The notes beneath the pieces are model-generated. The model made no database searches. It was not told the origin of the DNA and saw only the letters and a program-made list of their open reading frames with translations. 64,000 nt of DNA. It comes from Candidatus Latescibacterota bacterium (GTDB lineage Bacteria; Latescibacterota; UBA2968; UBA8231). Below, piece by piece: positions 49,812 to 59,625 of the stretch. Location: positions 2,272,001 to 2,336,000 of the forward strand of contig CBDETY010000003.1 in assembly GCA_965243025.1 (NCBI GenBank). Reading direction: 5' to 3'. Each line of letters begins with the position of its first letter. Position 1 is the first letter of the stretch. Both the position numbers and the translations under genes were made by a program.

Positions 49812-50912
49812 TCAGTTCCCCGCGCGCTGATCGGCGATCCAGGTCATGCTCTCGCCGCGCACCAGGAAGGAGCGCTCGTCCCATATTCCGGGCCGCTCCA
49901 CCGGGATCCTCCCCTCTTCCACGGCGACGTCCAGCGGGTTGTCGCGGGTCTTCAGGGGCAGGTCGACGCGTTCGTGCATGCGCGCCGACTCGTACACCGC
50001 CATCATCACCTCGAGCGTCGCCTTGCCGACCTCCCCGGTGTTGCGGTAGCTCTCGACCTTGCCCTCGATCCAGTCGACGATGCCGTTGGCCTGGTCGGTG
50101 AAGGCGTCCCCGTAGCCGCCTCGCGCCTCTTCCACCGGATCGAACTCCTGCCACCCCGCGGCCCTGGCGGTCATGTACTTCAGGCTGTTGTCGTCGACCA
50201 CCATCATGCCGTCGGTGCCGTAGACCGTGGCTCCGACATTGTAGTTGCCGCTGAGCTCGTTCTCGATCACCCCGGTGGCGCCGCCCTCGTACCCGATCAG
50301 GCCGCAGCAGCGGTCCTCGACCCGGTGGCCGAAGATGTGGTGGTCGGTCTTGCGCTCCACCCCTCCCATGACCCACAGCGCCTTCGGGTCGCCGAGCAGG
50401 CAGAACTGGCAGTCGATGCCGTGGGTGCCGGTGTTCATCATGCCGGCGCGCACACCCGTCCACAGCCGCTCCACCTCGCCGATGGCGCCGTCGGCGATCA
50501 GCCGGGCCGCCTCGTTCCAGGAGGAGTAGAAGCGGCGCTGGTGGCCGATGGCCAGCTTCACGTTGTTGCGCTCGCAGGCGATGATCATCGCCTCCCCCTC
50601 GCCGAGGGAGGTCGCCATCGGCTTCTCGCACACCACCGCCTTCGGCTTGCCGGCCGCCGCGGCGATCGTCATCTCGGCGTGCTGCGGGTCCCAGGAGCAG
50701 ACGCTGACGATGTCGAGCTCCTCCTTGGCCATCATCTCGCGGTAGTCGGGGTAGGTCGATTCCACCCCGAAGTCCCCGGCGTAGCTGGCCAGGGCTTCCG
50801 GGTGGGAGTCGGCGATGGCGACGATCTCGGTCCGTTCACACCGGGTCCAGCCGCGGCCGTGCTCGCGGGCGATGCGTCCGCTGGCGATGACCCCTACGCG
50901 ATACTTTGCCAC
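49812..50912 (-). CDS. Gfo/Idh/MocA oxidoreductase
   Basis: VCEKPMA, IGHQRRF, NTGTHGID. Confidence 0.9.
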   Translation of the reverse strand: MAKYRVGVIASGRIAREHGRGWTRCERTEIVAIADSHPEALASYAGDFGVESTYPDYREMMAKEELDIVSVCSWDPQHAEMTIAAAAGKPKAVVCEKPMATSLGEGEAMIIACERNNVKLAIGHQRRFYSSWNEAARLIADGAIGEVERLWTGVRAGMMNTGTHGIDCQFCLLGDPKALWVMGGVERKTDHHIFGHRVEDRCCGLIGYEGGATGVIENELSGNYNVGATVYGTDGMMVVDDNSLKYMTARAAGWQEFDPVEEARGGYGDAFTDQANGIVDWIEGKVESYRNTGEVGKATLEVMMAVYESARMHERVDLPLKTRDNPLDVAVEEGRIPVERPGIWDERSFLVRGESMTWIADQRAGN

Positions 50913-50913
50913 T

Positions 50914-52770
50914 TCATGCCTCCTTGCTGGTTAGCGCGCTTTTACCGCTGCGCAACGGGTTGTCTTTCGAAAATGGAGTTTTGCTGCTGTTGCGGACCCG
51001 CAGCCAGGACAGGTAGGGGGAGCCCCCTTCCCCGGCGCTGGCGAAGTCGCACAGGCGCACCCTGCCTCCCCCGGCCCCTTCCATGTCGACGGCGACGACC
51101 GGGTCCGACCCGTCGATTTCGGCCAGCTCCGGGTGCGTCTCCTCGGCGTCGAGCTCGGGAAGCCCGGCCGGGTCGAGGCTGTTGAGGCGGCGGTCGTATG
51201 CAAGCAGGACCGGTCCCCGGTACAATGAGGTCTTGCCGCGGCACTGCTTCTCGCCGCGCCAGAAATGGAGGGAGAAGTCGAGGTCGAGGTCGACCCGGTC
51301 CCCCCGCCTCCAGGTGCGGCGGATCTCCGCGTAGGAGCCGGCTTCGGCGGCAACCGGCTCGCCGTTGACGCGCAGGGAGGTCTGCTTCGACCAGTGGGGA
51401 ATGCGCAGCTTGAGGGCGAACTCCGCCGCCCTTGCGGGGCTGACCCGAAGCCGCACCGAGCCCTGTCGCGGGTACTCCGTCTCCTGCTTCAAATCCACGG
51501 AGGTGCCGCCGGCCCGAACCGTCATCGACCCGGGGCCGTACCAGTTGAGGATCAGCCCTCCCCGCTCCCTCATCAGCGCCCAGTCGCCGATCATGCCCAG
51601 CGCCCGCGGGCCGTTGACGCTGCAGCAGTTGAGCTCCGGGCTGCCGGCGCGCGCCTGGAAGACGATGTCGTGGGCGCTGGCGTTGCGCACCCCGTCCATC
51701 GGGGTGTTGTAGGTCACCCAGCGGCCGGAGCGGGAGTGCAGGCCGAAGCCGGAGTTCAGCGTCGCCAGCTCGATCTCGTCGGCGACGACGGAGCTGCCGG
51801 TCACGCGCAGCATCTCGACGCTCATCGCCAGCCAGGCGACCGTGCAGCAGGTCTCGATGGCGGCCCGGTGGTAGGGGTTGCCCTGCGCCTTCTCCCCGGA
51901 AGTGAAGCCGCCGTTGTTGTGGCGGTCGAGCTTGACGATGCTCCACCAGATGTGCTCGAAGGCGGTGCGGAAATCCTCCTCCCCGGTGAGCCAGTAGAGC
52001 TCGGCCATGCCCATGATCGGATGCAGGCTCTCCCAGCGCGGCTTCGGGGTGGCGTAGAACTCCTCTCCGGCCAGGGCGGTGCGCAGGTAGTCCCCGGCGG
52101 GGCCGTCCGGCCCTCTGGCGCCGAACTCGCCGGCGATCTGCAGGGCCATGTCGAGGTAGCGCTGCTCGGGGATCTTGCGGTAGAGCAGGCAGAGGGAGTG
52201 GATGACGGCGAGGTTCATCTCGCTGCTGCCGGTGTCGACGAGGCGCCTGCCGCGCCCCTTGCGGCCGAGGAACTTGCCGCAGACCAGGTCGCCGATGTCC
52301 CGGGCGCACTCGAGGGCCTGGCCGCTGCCGCTCTCCTCGTGCCAGAGCAGCAGCCCGAGCATGGCGTGGTAGTGGCCCCAGGCGTCCCACGTTCTCATGC
52401 CGCGGCGGTTCGGGGCCTTTCCGGTCAGCCGGAAGGCGCGCGGCCAGGGGCCGAGGTACCCGTCCTCCGCCTGCAGCGATGCCAGCTCCGAGGCGAAGCG
52501 CCCGAGGTGGCGGCGCAGGCCGCTCTCCCCGGTGAGCCGCAGGATCTGCACCGAGCTGGTCAGGTACTTGCCGGCGAACTCCCCGGCCCAGGGGACCATG
52601 TCGCGCAGCGGGTAGCGGTCGCGGTCCCGGAACATGTCGAGCATCGCCGGGTTGGCCGCCGGGGCCGGCTTCACCCACTGCTCGGTGACGTTGGCGAGGT
52701 ACTCGGCGGCGAATCCCTCGAGGCGGTAGGCCGTCCTGGCGGGGCGGGTGCAGACAGGTGTGGCGGTCAT
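50914..52770 (-). CDS. GH127-like beta-L-arabinofuranosidase
   Basis: GEFAGKYL, EDGYLG, ETCCTVAW, LNCCSVNG, QETEYP, LRIPHW, YRGPVLLA. Confidence 0.85.
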   Translation of the reverse strand: MTATPVCTRPARTAYRLEGFAAEYLANVTEQWVKPAPAANPAMLDMFRDRDRYPLRDMVPWAGEFAGKYLTSSVQILRLTGESGLRRHLGRFASELASLQAEDGYLGPWPRAFRLTGKAPNRRGMRTWDAWGHYHAMLGLLLWHEESGSGQALECARDIGDLVCGKFLGRKGRGRRLVDTGSSEMNLAVIHSLCLLYRKIPEQRYLDMALQIAGEFGARGPDGPAGDYLRTALAGEEFYATPKPRWESLHPIMGMAELYWLTGEEDFRTAFEHIWWSIVKLDRHNNGGFTSGEKAQGNPYHRAAIETCCTVAWLAMSVEMLRVTGSSVVADEIELATLNSGFGLHSRSGRWVTYNTPMDGVRNASAHDIVFQARAGSPELNCCSVNGPRALGMIGDWALMRERGGLILNWYGPGSMTVRAGGTSVDLKQETEYPRQGSVRLRVSPARAAEFALKLRIPHWSKQTSLRVNGEPVAAEAGSYAEIRRTWRRGDRVDLDLDFSLHFWRGEKQCRGKTSLYRGPVLLAYDRRLNSLDPAGLPELDAEETHPELAEIDGSDPVVAVDMEGAGGGRVRLCDFASAGEGGSPYLSWLRVRNSSKTPFSKDNPLRSGKSALTSKEA

Positions 52771-53039
52771 GCGGTATTCCTGTTGGATGGTGGGGCTGAT
52801 TCGGGGCAACCGCTGCGGGCGGTGAAAGTCGCGACAACGGCGCGGGGGAAGCAATCGGGCCGGCAGCAAGGCGCAAGCGAGCCGAAAAGATAAGGCGGGC
52901 AACGGCAACTGGAGAGAAGGAGGCAGCCGCAACCCTGAGAAATGGCAGCACCGCCCGGGTTTATGAAGACACTACCCGGCGGAGGAGCCTGTTGGAAAGG
53001 AGATCTCCGGATTGGTCAGTTTGCTGCCCGGTCTCGCGA

Positions 53040-53168
53040 TCAGGGCGTTTCTTCGATGTCGTCGACCGCCTCTCCCACCACCTCCATGCCGTCCTGCCCG
53101 GCAAGGAACTCCCTGACGGTTTCCCGCAGCATTTCATGGTCGTCTTCCAGTACTACTCGGATGGTCGT
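53040..53168 (-). pseudogene. Truncated NarL-type receiver-domain remnant
   Basis: TTIRVVLEDDHEMLRETVREFLAGQDGMEVVGEA then stop; ACG where the paralog at 61096 has ATG. Confidence 0.7.
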
Positions 53169-53239
53169 GATTCGGGTCACTCCTTCGCCGCGGCAACAGA
53201 GGCAATATCGGGCACGCCACTCCTGCCCGGGAACTCTCA

Positions 53240-55984
53240 TCAGTGCCGCACGAGCTGATAATCCCGCGCGTACACGAAGTCGTCGTCGTGGTCGCTGTTG
53301 TGACATTCCAGACAGGTCCGTTCCGACGGAAGGCGCCGGACCGTCTCGCTGGAAGGACGCTCGATATGGATGCTTCCAGGTCCGTGACAGACCTCGCACT
53401 GCACGTTTGCCAGGCTGCGGTCCGGTTCGAGAATCGAGAACCCGCTGTCGCGGTTCAGCCCGGCCACGTGGCATTTCACGCACTTGGAAAACTGGTGGCG
53501 GTGCGCGTCGAGCAGGGTCGTATAGGCATCGGCGTGCCGGGTCGACTGCCACTGTTCCCACTGCGCCGAGTGGCAGGTACGGCATTCCTGCGTCCCCACG
53601 TACTTCCTCTCGTCGTGAACCGGGTCCCACTCGAAGAGCGGCGGGATGTTTCCTTCCAGCAGCTCCTCCTGTTCGGCCACGGACCGGTAGTAGGAATCGA
53701 GGTAGGCTTTCATGTCCTCGTCTTCGCGCATCTCGTACAAGGCCAGCAGGTAGTTGCCCTCGAACGAGGTGAATCGGCCCTCTCCATCTATGCCGATATC
53801 GACGTGATGCAGGCCGTACACGTCTGCGTTCGCGTAGATGACCAGCACGTCGTCGAGGAAGCCGTACATCGATTCAGTCCGCTTTCCCCCCTGGCCGTCG
53901 GCGCGTATCACGTCGAGGGCGGGGGCGTGGTGCCCGGTGGTGATGACCAGGTCCAGGGCCGGGAACTCCTGCACCAGGTCATGGACGAGGCCGGTGTTCA
54001 GCTCGCCGATGACCCCGACGAAGTCCGCCTGCTCCCTCAGCCCGGGCAGGTATTCCCGTACCGTCTCCTTCGGGTCGGCTGTCTCCAGGTCCCGGGTGTT
54101 GTCTTCATACAGCGAGGGCTCGATGGCCACCGTCGCCTGCAGCAGACCAATGAAAGCGATCGTGTACGGTCCCACCTCGATGGCGTACGTCGGCGCGCCG
54201 ACGAGGGAACCCTCGTGGTACAGGTTGGCGTTTATCAGGGGCACGGGACTGTTGCGGGCCTGGGTCCGAAGAAACTCGCTGCCGTGGTAGGTCTCGTTGC
54301 GCGCGATGACGGAAAAGCCGTACTCCATCCGCCTCAGCCCTCCGAGGTAGGTCGCCAATTCGCTTTCCGTCAGGGCGTCCATTGCCGGAACGTCCTGTTC
54401 GTGGGGAAAGGCGTTTCCGGCATCGATGACGGCCACGCTCCTGCGCCTTTGTTTTATCTGGTCGATGAGGGTGGCGCGGCGGGTGATCCCGCCCGACATG
54501 TTGGACTTGCAGCCGCAGGCTTCGAGAAAGCTCCTCGTTTTTCCGGTCACGATCAGGGTGATCGTGTCTACCGCGGTCTCCGACCGCGACCACGGCAGGC
54601 GGGGCGGTTGATCACCGGGCACCGGACCGTCGGCGTGCCACAGAGGCTCCGGAGGAGGCGAACCGGGGCCGGGGTTGGTGCGTTCGTACAGCGCCGACAG
54701 AAGATCGGCGCCGGCGACCCGCTCGATCGCGCCTCCCAGATCGACGCCCTCCCGTCGCCAGTAGGCGTACTCCAGAACGTCCTGCAGATCCTGTTCCCCG
54801 TCCGTGCTCCTGGAGATCTGCATATCGAGGTAATGGGCGAGGGCCAGGCCGCTGTGCCTTATCAGCGACTCTTTGGCGGCGCTGTGCGTGTAGTAAGTCT
54901 CCGGGACGATTCCCTTGCTGAAGTGGGACACCCGGAAGCGGTTGTGATTCCTGTACGCTTCGTACAGGTACGGCTCCAGATCGGAAATGACCCCGTGCTT
55001 CCGCAGGCCCTGGAGACCCAGGTACATGCTGGCCCCTTCCACGAACCAGAAGTCGGATGCCTGGGCCAGTTCCATGCGGTGGGGGGCGTGCCGCAGCCAT
55101 CGGTAGGCGATGCGGGTGGCCACCGAGAGCCACCTTCCCGGGGTGGCCGGCTCCATTTCCCCGGCTTGGCCATAAGACGTGCTTGGAATGTGAATGCTCA
55201 TTCCATCCGCCGTCTTGGGGGTCAGAATGACCGTGTACGGTTCTGGAACCGGCGCCTGCAGGGCCCTCGTCATGTACTCGTAGAGGCTCCATGCTCTTCT
55301 GGCCAGCTCCTCCTGCCGTGCGCTCGACCACCCGTCGTACAGCACAACGCGCACGGGAGCCGTCCCGATGGTCATCTCTCGCGCGGTCAATGCGCCCAGG
55401 GCTACTGCGCCGTTGACCAGATCCTCCAGGCCGGTGCCGTACAGGCGCGGTTCGTACGTGCCGGCTTCACCCTTGGCCGGGATCCAGGTGGTCTCGACGG
55501 CCCAGCCTCCGGGTCCCTGGATCGAAACCGCAATGTGATCGAACTGCCCATAGGGAACGAGGAAGAGGTTGCGGCCGGAAACGAGATGGAAATCCTCCCC
55601 CAGGTAGCCGCTGACCTCGGTGGAATGGCGCCCGTGCCCGCCGCCGATCGGCCGTCCCGGCCGCACCCGGTACTCGGCGCGCAGCTCGCTGCCCGGCGCC
55701 TTCACGCGGTAGGTCGTCCGGCCGGTGGCCGATACCCGTTGCGCATGCGGAACGGGCCTGGCCTCGGAGTCGCGGAGTTGCAGCCCCGTAACGCCGATGT
55801 ACGGGTCGGCCTCGAAGGCCTGCAGAAAAACGGAATCGGCCTCGATGCCGCTGATCCTCAACCCGACCGCTACCGACTCCGCGTCAGGCGATTCTACTTG
55901 CACTTGGTACGCGAGCCGCAGGCCCGGGTCCGAGCAGGCGGAGAAAAGCAGCACGGCTGCGGGGAGGAAGCGAGAAAGGATCAT
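53240..55984 (-). CDS. Lipoprotein fusion: HExxH-less M61 peptidase-like + UshA-like (CGC) + tetraheme cytochrome c554-like domain
   Basis: Lipobox LFSAC; WFVEGASMY and LDMQI M61-like blocks; EACGC...GGITRRAT...IDAGN; CRTCH, CVKCH, CEVCH, CLECH. Confidence 0.8.
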   Translation of the reverse strand: MILSRFLPAAVLLFSACSDPGLRLAYQVQVESPDAESVAVGLRISGIEADSVFLQAFEADPYIGVTGLQLRDSEARPVPHAQRVSATGRTTYRVKAPGSELRAEYRVRPGRPIGGGHGRHSTEVSGYLGEDFHLVSGRNLFLVPYGQFDHIAVSIQGPGGWAVETTWIPAKGEAGTYEPRLYGTGLEDLVNGAVALGALTAREMTIGTAPVRVVLYDGWSSARQEELARRAWSLYEYMTRALQAPVPEPYTVILTPKTADGMSIHIPSTSYGQAGEMEPATPGRWLSVATRIAYRWLRHAPHRMELAQASDFWFVEGASMYLGLQGLRKHGVISDLEPYLYEAYRNHNRFRVSHFSKGIVPETYYTHSAAKESLIRHSGLALAHYLDMQISRSTDGEQDLQDVLEYAYWRREGVDLGGAIERVAGADLLSALYERTNPGPGSPPPEPLWHADGPVPGDQPPRLPWSRSETAVDTITLIVTGKTRSFLEACGCKSNMSGGITRRATLIDQIKQRRRSVAVIDAGNAFPHEQDVPAMDALTESELATYLGGLRRMEYGFSVIARNETYHGSEFLRTQARNSPVPLINANLYHEGSLVGAPTYAIEVGPYTIAFIGLLQATVAIEPSLYEDNTRDLETADPKETVREYLPGLREQADFVGVIGELNTGLVHDLVQEFPALDLVITTGHHAPALDVIRADGQGGKRTESMYGFLDDVLVIYANADVYGLHHVDIGIDGEGRFTSFEGNYLLALYEMREDEDMKAYLDSYYRSVAEQEELLEGNIPPLFEWDPVHDERKYVGTQECRTCHSAQWEQWQSTRHADAYTTLLDAHRHQFSKCVKCHVAGLNRDSGFSILEPDRSLANVQCEVCHGPGSIHIERPSSETVRRLPSERTCLECHNSDHDDDFVYARDYQLVRH

Positions 55985-56016
55985 GCCGGTTTTCTCCTGC
56001 GTTCTCTTTTCCCGTT

Positions 56017-56601
56017 CTATATGGATGGACCGAGAAGCGCTTCGATCACCGCGGCCACACTGTCCGCGGCGGTCACCACCCCGCGCTGCTCCAGGTGGAT
56101 CGTCCCATCGCGAGCGACGAGCACCGACAGGGGAATTCCCTTGTCGACGCCATACTGTCGCAAGAGGCTGGTGTCCGCGGTGGCGGGCATCAGGATCGGG
56201 TAGGGGACCTCGAGGTTCTCGACCCACAGCTCCACCGCGAGACGGGTGGAGGATACGGCTATCCCCCATACATCCAGCCCGCGTTCCCGGTACCGGGTGT
56301 AAAGGTCGTTGAGGACCGGCTGTTCCTCCCGGCAGGGACCGCACCAGGTAGCCCAGAAGTTCAGGAGCAGCACCTTGTCCCGTTGCGCCGGGACCTTCAG
56401 GGTGTCGCCGCCAAGCGAGGCAATAGCAAAGCCGGGAGCTGTTTTGCCGGGCGCTGATTTAGCCGGCGCGGGTGGCTCCTCGGCAGCGGGTGCGCAGGAA
56501 TGCAAACAGGCCGCCAACCCCAGGCATGAGAACGCACGGGCGATTCTGCCGAGCTTTATCCAGGCGGTGTTTCGGGGCGGCCTGTTTTGGCGCGTCTTCA
56601 T
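56017..56601 (-). CDS. TlpA/ResA-family thioredoxin-like lipoprotein
   Basis: APGF...LLNFWATWCGPCREE.P; YGV..GIP.SVLV.RDG. Confidence 0.9.
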   Translation of the reverse strand: MKTRQNRPPRNTAWIKLGRIARAFSCLGLAACLHSCAPAAEEPPAPAKSAPGKTAPGFAIASLGGDTLKVPAQRDKVLLLNFWATWCGPCREEQPVLNDLYTRYRERGLDVWGIAVSSTRLAVELWVENLEVPYPILMPATADTSLLRQYGVDKGIPLSVLVARDGTIHLEQRGVVTAADSVAAVIEALLGPSI

Positions 56602-56603
56602 TC

Positions 56604-56693
56604 TCAGAACGGATACACCCGGTCGCCGCCATGCCCGAGGACGGAGTCCATGCCGAACAAGGCGATTACGGCTGAAAGAAGGACCACATGCAT
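56604..56693 (-). pseudogene. 29-aa truncated fourth copy of the CBM9-like gene
   Basis: MHVVLLSAVIALFGMDSVLGHGGDRVYPF then TGA; nearly identical to the starts at 57652 and 58621. Confidence 0.8.
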
Positions 56694-56701
56694 GGTCAAA
56701 C

Positions 56702-57652
56702 CTATTGCGAGAAACTCGCCTTGATGCGCGCCCACGAGTCGGGTGCGACCGCGGTACCACCACCACCACCACTGTCGACGCCGTTCGCCGAAAGCAGAAT
56801 GCCATCCATCATGACAACGTGGTCCCTAATACGACCCTCATCGTAGTGCCCGACCATATGAGTTTCTCGCGCCCTATTGCTGCCCGGCCCATGGGTGGCA
56901 GGCTCATCGAAATCGCCTACAAACACCTGAAACCCGACAATCCGTCCCGCACTCAGATCCGAGACGACGCTGTTTTCCGGCTCCCTCCGGATCAACAGGT
57001 CGAACGGGGTGACGAAGAACTCGGTGATCCAGACAACTGGATTTTCCCCGACTACGGAGCCGCCACCGTCTCCATAGGGAGGATATCCCCACCAGTTCTC
57101 ATCCCACCACATTTCCAAAACAGACAGGCCAACGTGGGAAGTCTCTCGACGAAGCGGCACAGCGCTGTAGAATTGGGACCCTTGACCCATCAGTCCGGAA
57201 TCTTCCCCCTTGTCGTCACGTCTGGCAACGCTTTCATCCCATCCCGGTGAACCGTCATGATCACCATCGACTTCAATGGAGAGATGATCCTCGCCCTCTC
57301 GGTCAAAATAATTGTCAGACTTTTCATCCTCTCCCACATAAACGTCATCTATGCAGATGGCGCCTACATAGATCCGGTTGGAAGCGTCGTTCCATCCCAG
57401 CCAGATTCGAAAATCGAGGTCGGACGGATTGTATCCCGTCACCCATTTGTCTCGGTCGAACGCCGTGAAGTCCAAGCTCGTGAGGGAAGGCTCCCCGAAC
57501 AGCTCCTCCCAGTCTTCTATGGATCCATCGGTCACGTCGATCGCGTTCTCGTCGGTTATCTCGTAGAACGGATACACCCGGTCGCCCCCGTGCCCGAGGA
57601 CGGGGTCCATGCCGAACAAGGCGATTACGGCTGAAAGAAGGATCACATGCAT
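56702..57652 (-). CDS. Secreted acidic CBM9/DOMON-like protein, copy 3
   Basis: Signal peptide; DG..EDW, DFRIWLGWND..RIYV, VDGDHDG, DL.AG.IVGF...DFD; C-terminal TAVAPDSWARIKASFSQ. Confidence 0.75.
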   Translation of the reverse strand: MHVILLSAVIALFGMDPVLGHGGDRVYPFYEITDENAIDVTDGSIEDWEELFGEPSLTSLDFTAFDRDKWVTGYNPSDLDFRIWLGWNDASNRIYVGAICIDDVYVGEDEKSDNYFDREGEDHLSIEVDGDHDGSPGWDESVARRDDKGEDSGLMGQGSQFYSAVPLRRETSHVGLSVLEMWWDENWWGYPPYGDGGGSVVGENPVVWITEFFVTPFDLLIRREPENSVVSDLSAGRIVGFQVFVGDFDEPATHGPGSNRARETHMVGHYDEGRIRDHVVMMDGILLSANGVDSGGGGGTAVAPDSWARIKASFSQ

Positions 57653-57661
57653 GACAGCCTC

Positions 57662-58621
57662 CTATTGCGAGAAGCTCGCCTTGATGCGCGCCCACGAGTC
57701 GGGTGCGACCGCGGTACCACCACCACTGTCGATGCCGTTCGCCGAAAGCAGAATGCCATCCATCCAAGTATCGGTGTCACCAATAACGTCACGAAGAGTG
57801 CCTCCGTAATAGCTACCCAACACATGAAGTTTTCCCGCTCTATTTCCACCAGGCCCACTGATTGCCGGCTCGTCGAAATCTCCGATTGACACACGGAACC
57901 CGACAATCTGCTCCGCACCCAGATCCGAGACGAGGCTGTTTTCCGGTTCCTTGCGAATCAACATGTCGAACGGGGTGACGTAGAACTCCGTGACCCAGAC
58001 CACGGGATTTTCTCCGGCGACCGAGCCGCCACCGTTCCCGTATGGAGGGTATCCCCACCAGCTCTCACCTTCAAAAAAGGTCTCGAAAAAAGGAATTCCG
58101 ACGTTTGACGCTTCACGGCGAACCGGTACCCCCGAATAGACTTGCGCCGCCTGACCGTATTTTCCGGAATCGTCGCCTTCGTCAAGATTGACCTCATCCC
58201 ATTGCGGGAAACCGTCATGATCGCCATCAATCATAAGAGTCACCGAATCCTCACCCTGACGCTCCAGGTACTTAAAAGATCTTTCCTCCTCGCCTATGTA
58301 CCTGTCGTCAATGCAGATAGCGCCTATGTAGATGCGGTCGGAAGCCCCGTTCCAGCCCAGATAGATGCGGAAGTCGAGATCGGACGGGTTGTATCCCATG
58401 CTCTCACCACTAAGGAAGTAGGAGTCGAACCCGGTGAAATCCAGGCTCGTGAGGGAAGGCTCCCCGAACAGCTCCTCCCAGTCTTCTATTGTTCCATCGG
58501 TCACGTCGATCGCGTTCTCGTCGGGTATCTCGTAGAACGGATACACCCGGTCGCCCCCATGCCCGAGGACGGGGTCCATGCCGAATAAGGCGATTACGGC
58601 TGAAAGAAGGATCACATGCAT
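57662..58621 (-). CDS. Secreted acidic CBM9/DOMON-like protein, copy 2
   Basis: Same architecture and tail; GGAGG RBS. Confidence 0.75.
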   Translation of the reverse strand: MHVILLSAVIALFGMDPVLGHGGDRVYPFYEIPDENAIDVTDGTIEDWEELFGEPSLTSLDFTGFDSYFLSGESMGYNPSDLDFRIYLGWNGASDRIYIGAICIDDRYIGEEERSFKYLERQGEDSVTLMIDGDHDGFPQWDEVNLDEGDDSGKYGQAAQVYSGVPVRREASNVGIPFFETFFEGESWWGYPPYGNGGGSVAGENPVVWVTEFYVTPFDMLIRKEPENSLVSDLGAEQIVGFRVSIGDFDEPAISGPGGNRAGKLHVLGSYYGGTLRDVIGDTDTWMDGILLSANGIDSGGGTAVAPDSWARIKASFSQ

Positions 58622-58630
58622 GGCAGCCTC

Positions 58631-59587
58631 CTATTGCGAGAAGCTCGCCTTGATGCGCGCCCACGAGTCGGGCTTGACCGCGGTGCCACCGCCGTCGATG
58701 CCGTTCGCAGGGAGCAGAATGCCATCCATCCAAGTATCGGTGTCACCTAAAGCGTCACGAACAGTGCTTCCGTGATGGCTACCCAACACATGAGGTTTTC
58801 CCGCAAAGTTTCCACCCGGCCCATTGACAGCCGGCTCGTCGAAATCTCCGATTGTCACTCGGAACCCGACAATCTGCTCCGCACCCAGATCCGAGACGAG
58901 GCTGTTTTCCGGTTCCTTGCGAATCAACATGTCGAACGGGGTGACGAAGAACTCCGTGACCCAGACCACGGGGTTTTCGCCGGCGACCGAGCCGCCACCG
59001 TTCCCGTACGGAGGGTATCCCCACCAGTTCTCACCTTCGAAATAGGTCTCGAAAAAAGGAATTCCGACGGTTGACGTTTCACGGCGGACCGGTACCCCCG
59101 AATAAATTTGCGCCGCCTGATCATGTTTTCCGGAATCGTCGCCTTCGTCAAGATTGACTTTATCCCATTGTGAAGAACCGTCGTGATCGCCGTCAATCAA
59201 AAGAGTCACCGAATCCTCACCCTGACGCTCCAGGTAGCCGAAAGATCTTTCCTCCTCACCTATGTACTCGTCGTCGATGCAGATGGCGCCTATGTAGATT
59301 TGGTCGGAAGCCCCGTTCCAGCCCAGATAAATGCGGAAGTCGAGATCGGACGGGTTGTAATCCATGCTCTCCCCGGAACTCTGGTAAGAGGTAAAACCGG
59401 TAAAATCCAGGCTCGTGAGAGACGGCTCTCCGAAAAGCTCTTCCCAGTCTTCTATCGATCCATCGGTCACGTCGATCGCGTTCTGGTCGGGTATCTCGTA
59501 GAACGGATACACCCGGTCGCCGCCATGTCCGTGGGCGGCGCCGAAGCCGAATAAGGCGATTACGGCTGAAAACAATATGATGCCCAT
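58631..59587 (-). CDS. Secreted acidic CBM9/DOMON-like protein, copy 1
   Basis: GAGGAGG RBS before ATG 59587; very similar to copy 2; tail TAVKPDSWARIKASFSQ. Confidence 0.75.
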   Translation of the reverse strand: MGIILFSAVIALFGFGAAHGHGGDRVYPFYEIPDQNAIDVTDGSIEDWEELFGEPSLTSLDFTGFTSYQSSGESMDYNPSDLDFRIYLGWNGASDQIYIGAICIDDEYIGEEERSFGYLERQGEDSVTLLIDGDHDGSSQWDKVNLDEGDDSGKHDQAAQIYSGVPVRRETSTVGIPFFETYFEGENWWGYPPYGNGGGSVAGENPVVWVTEFFVTPFDMLIRKEPENSLVSDLGAEQIVGFRVTIGDFDEPAVNGPGGNFAGKPHVLGSHHGSTVRDALGDTDTWMDGILLPANGIDGGGTAVKPDSWARIKASFSQ

Positions 59588-59625
59588 GGCTCCTCCTCGT
59601 CTGGTGTTTAGGACTCGGGAAATGG

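Noticed and set aside
56702-59587. Diversity-generating retroelement template/variable repeats
   Set aside because: No reverse transcriptase; the repeats are whole genes and differences are not adenine-specific.
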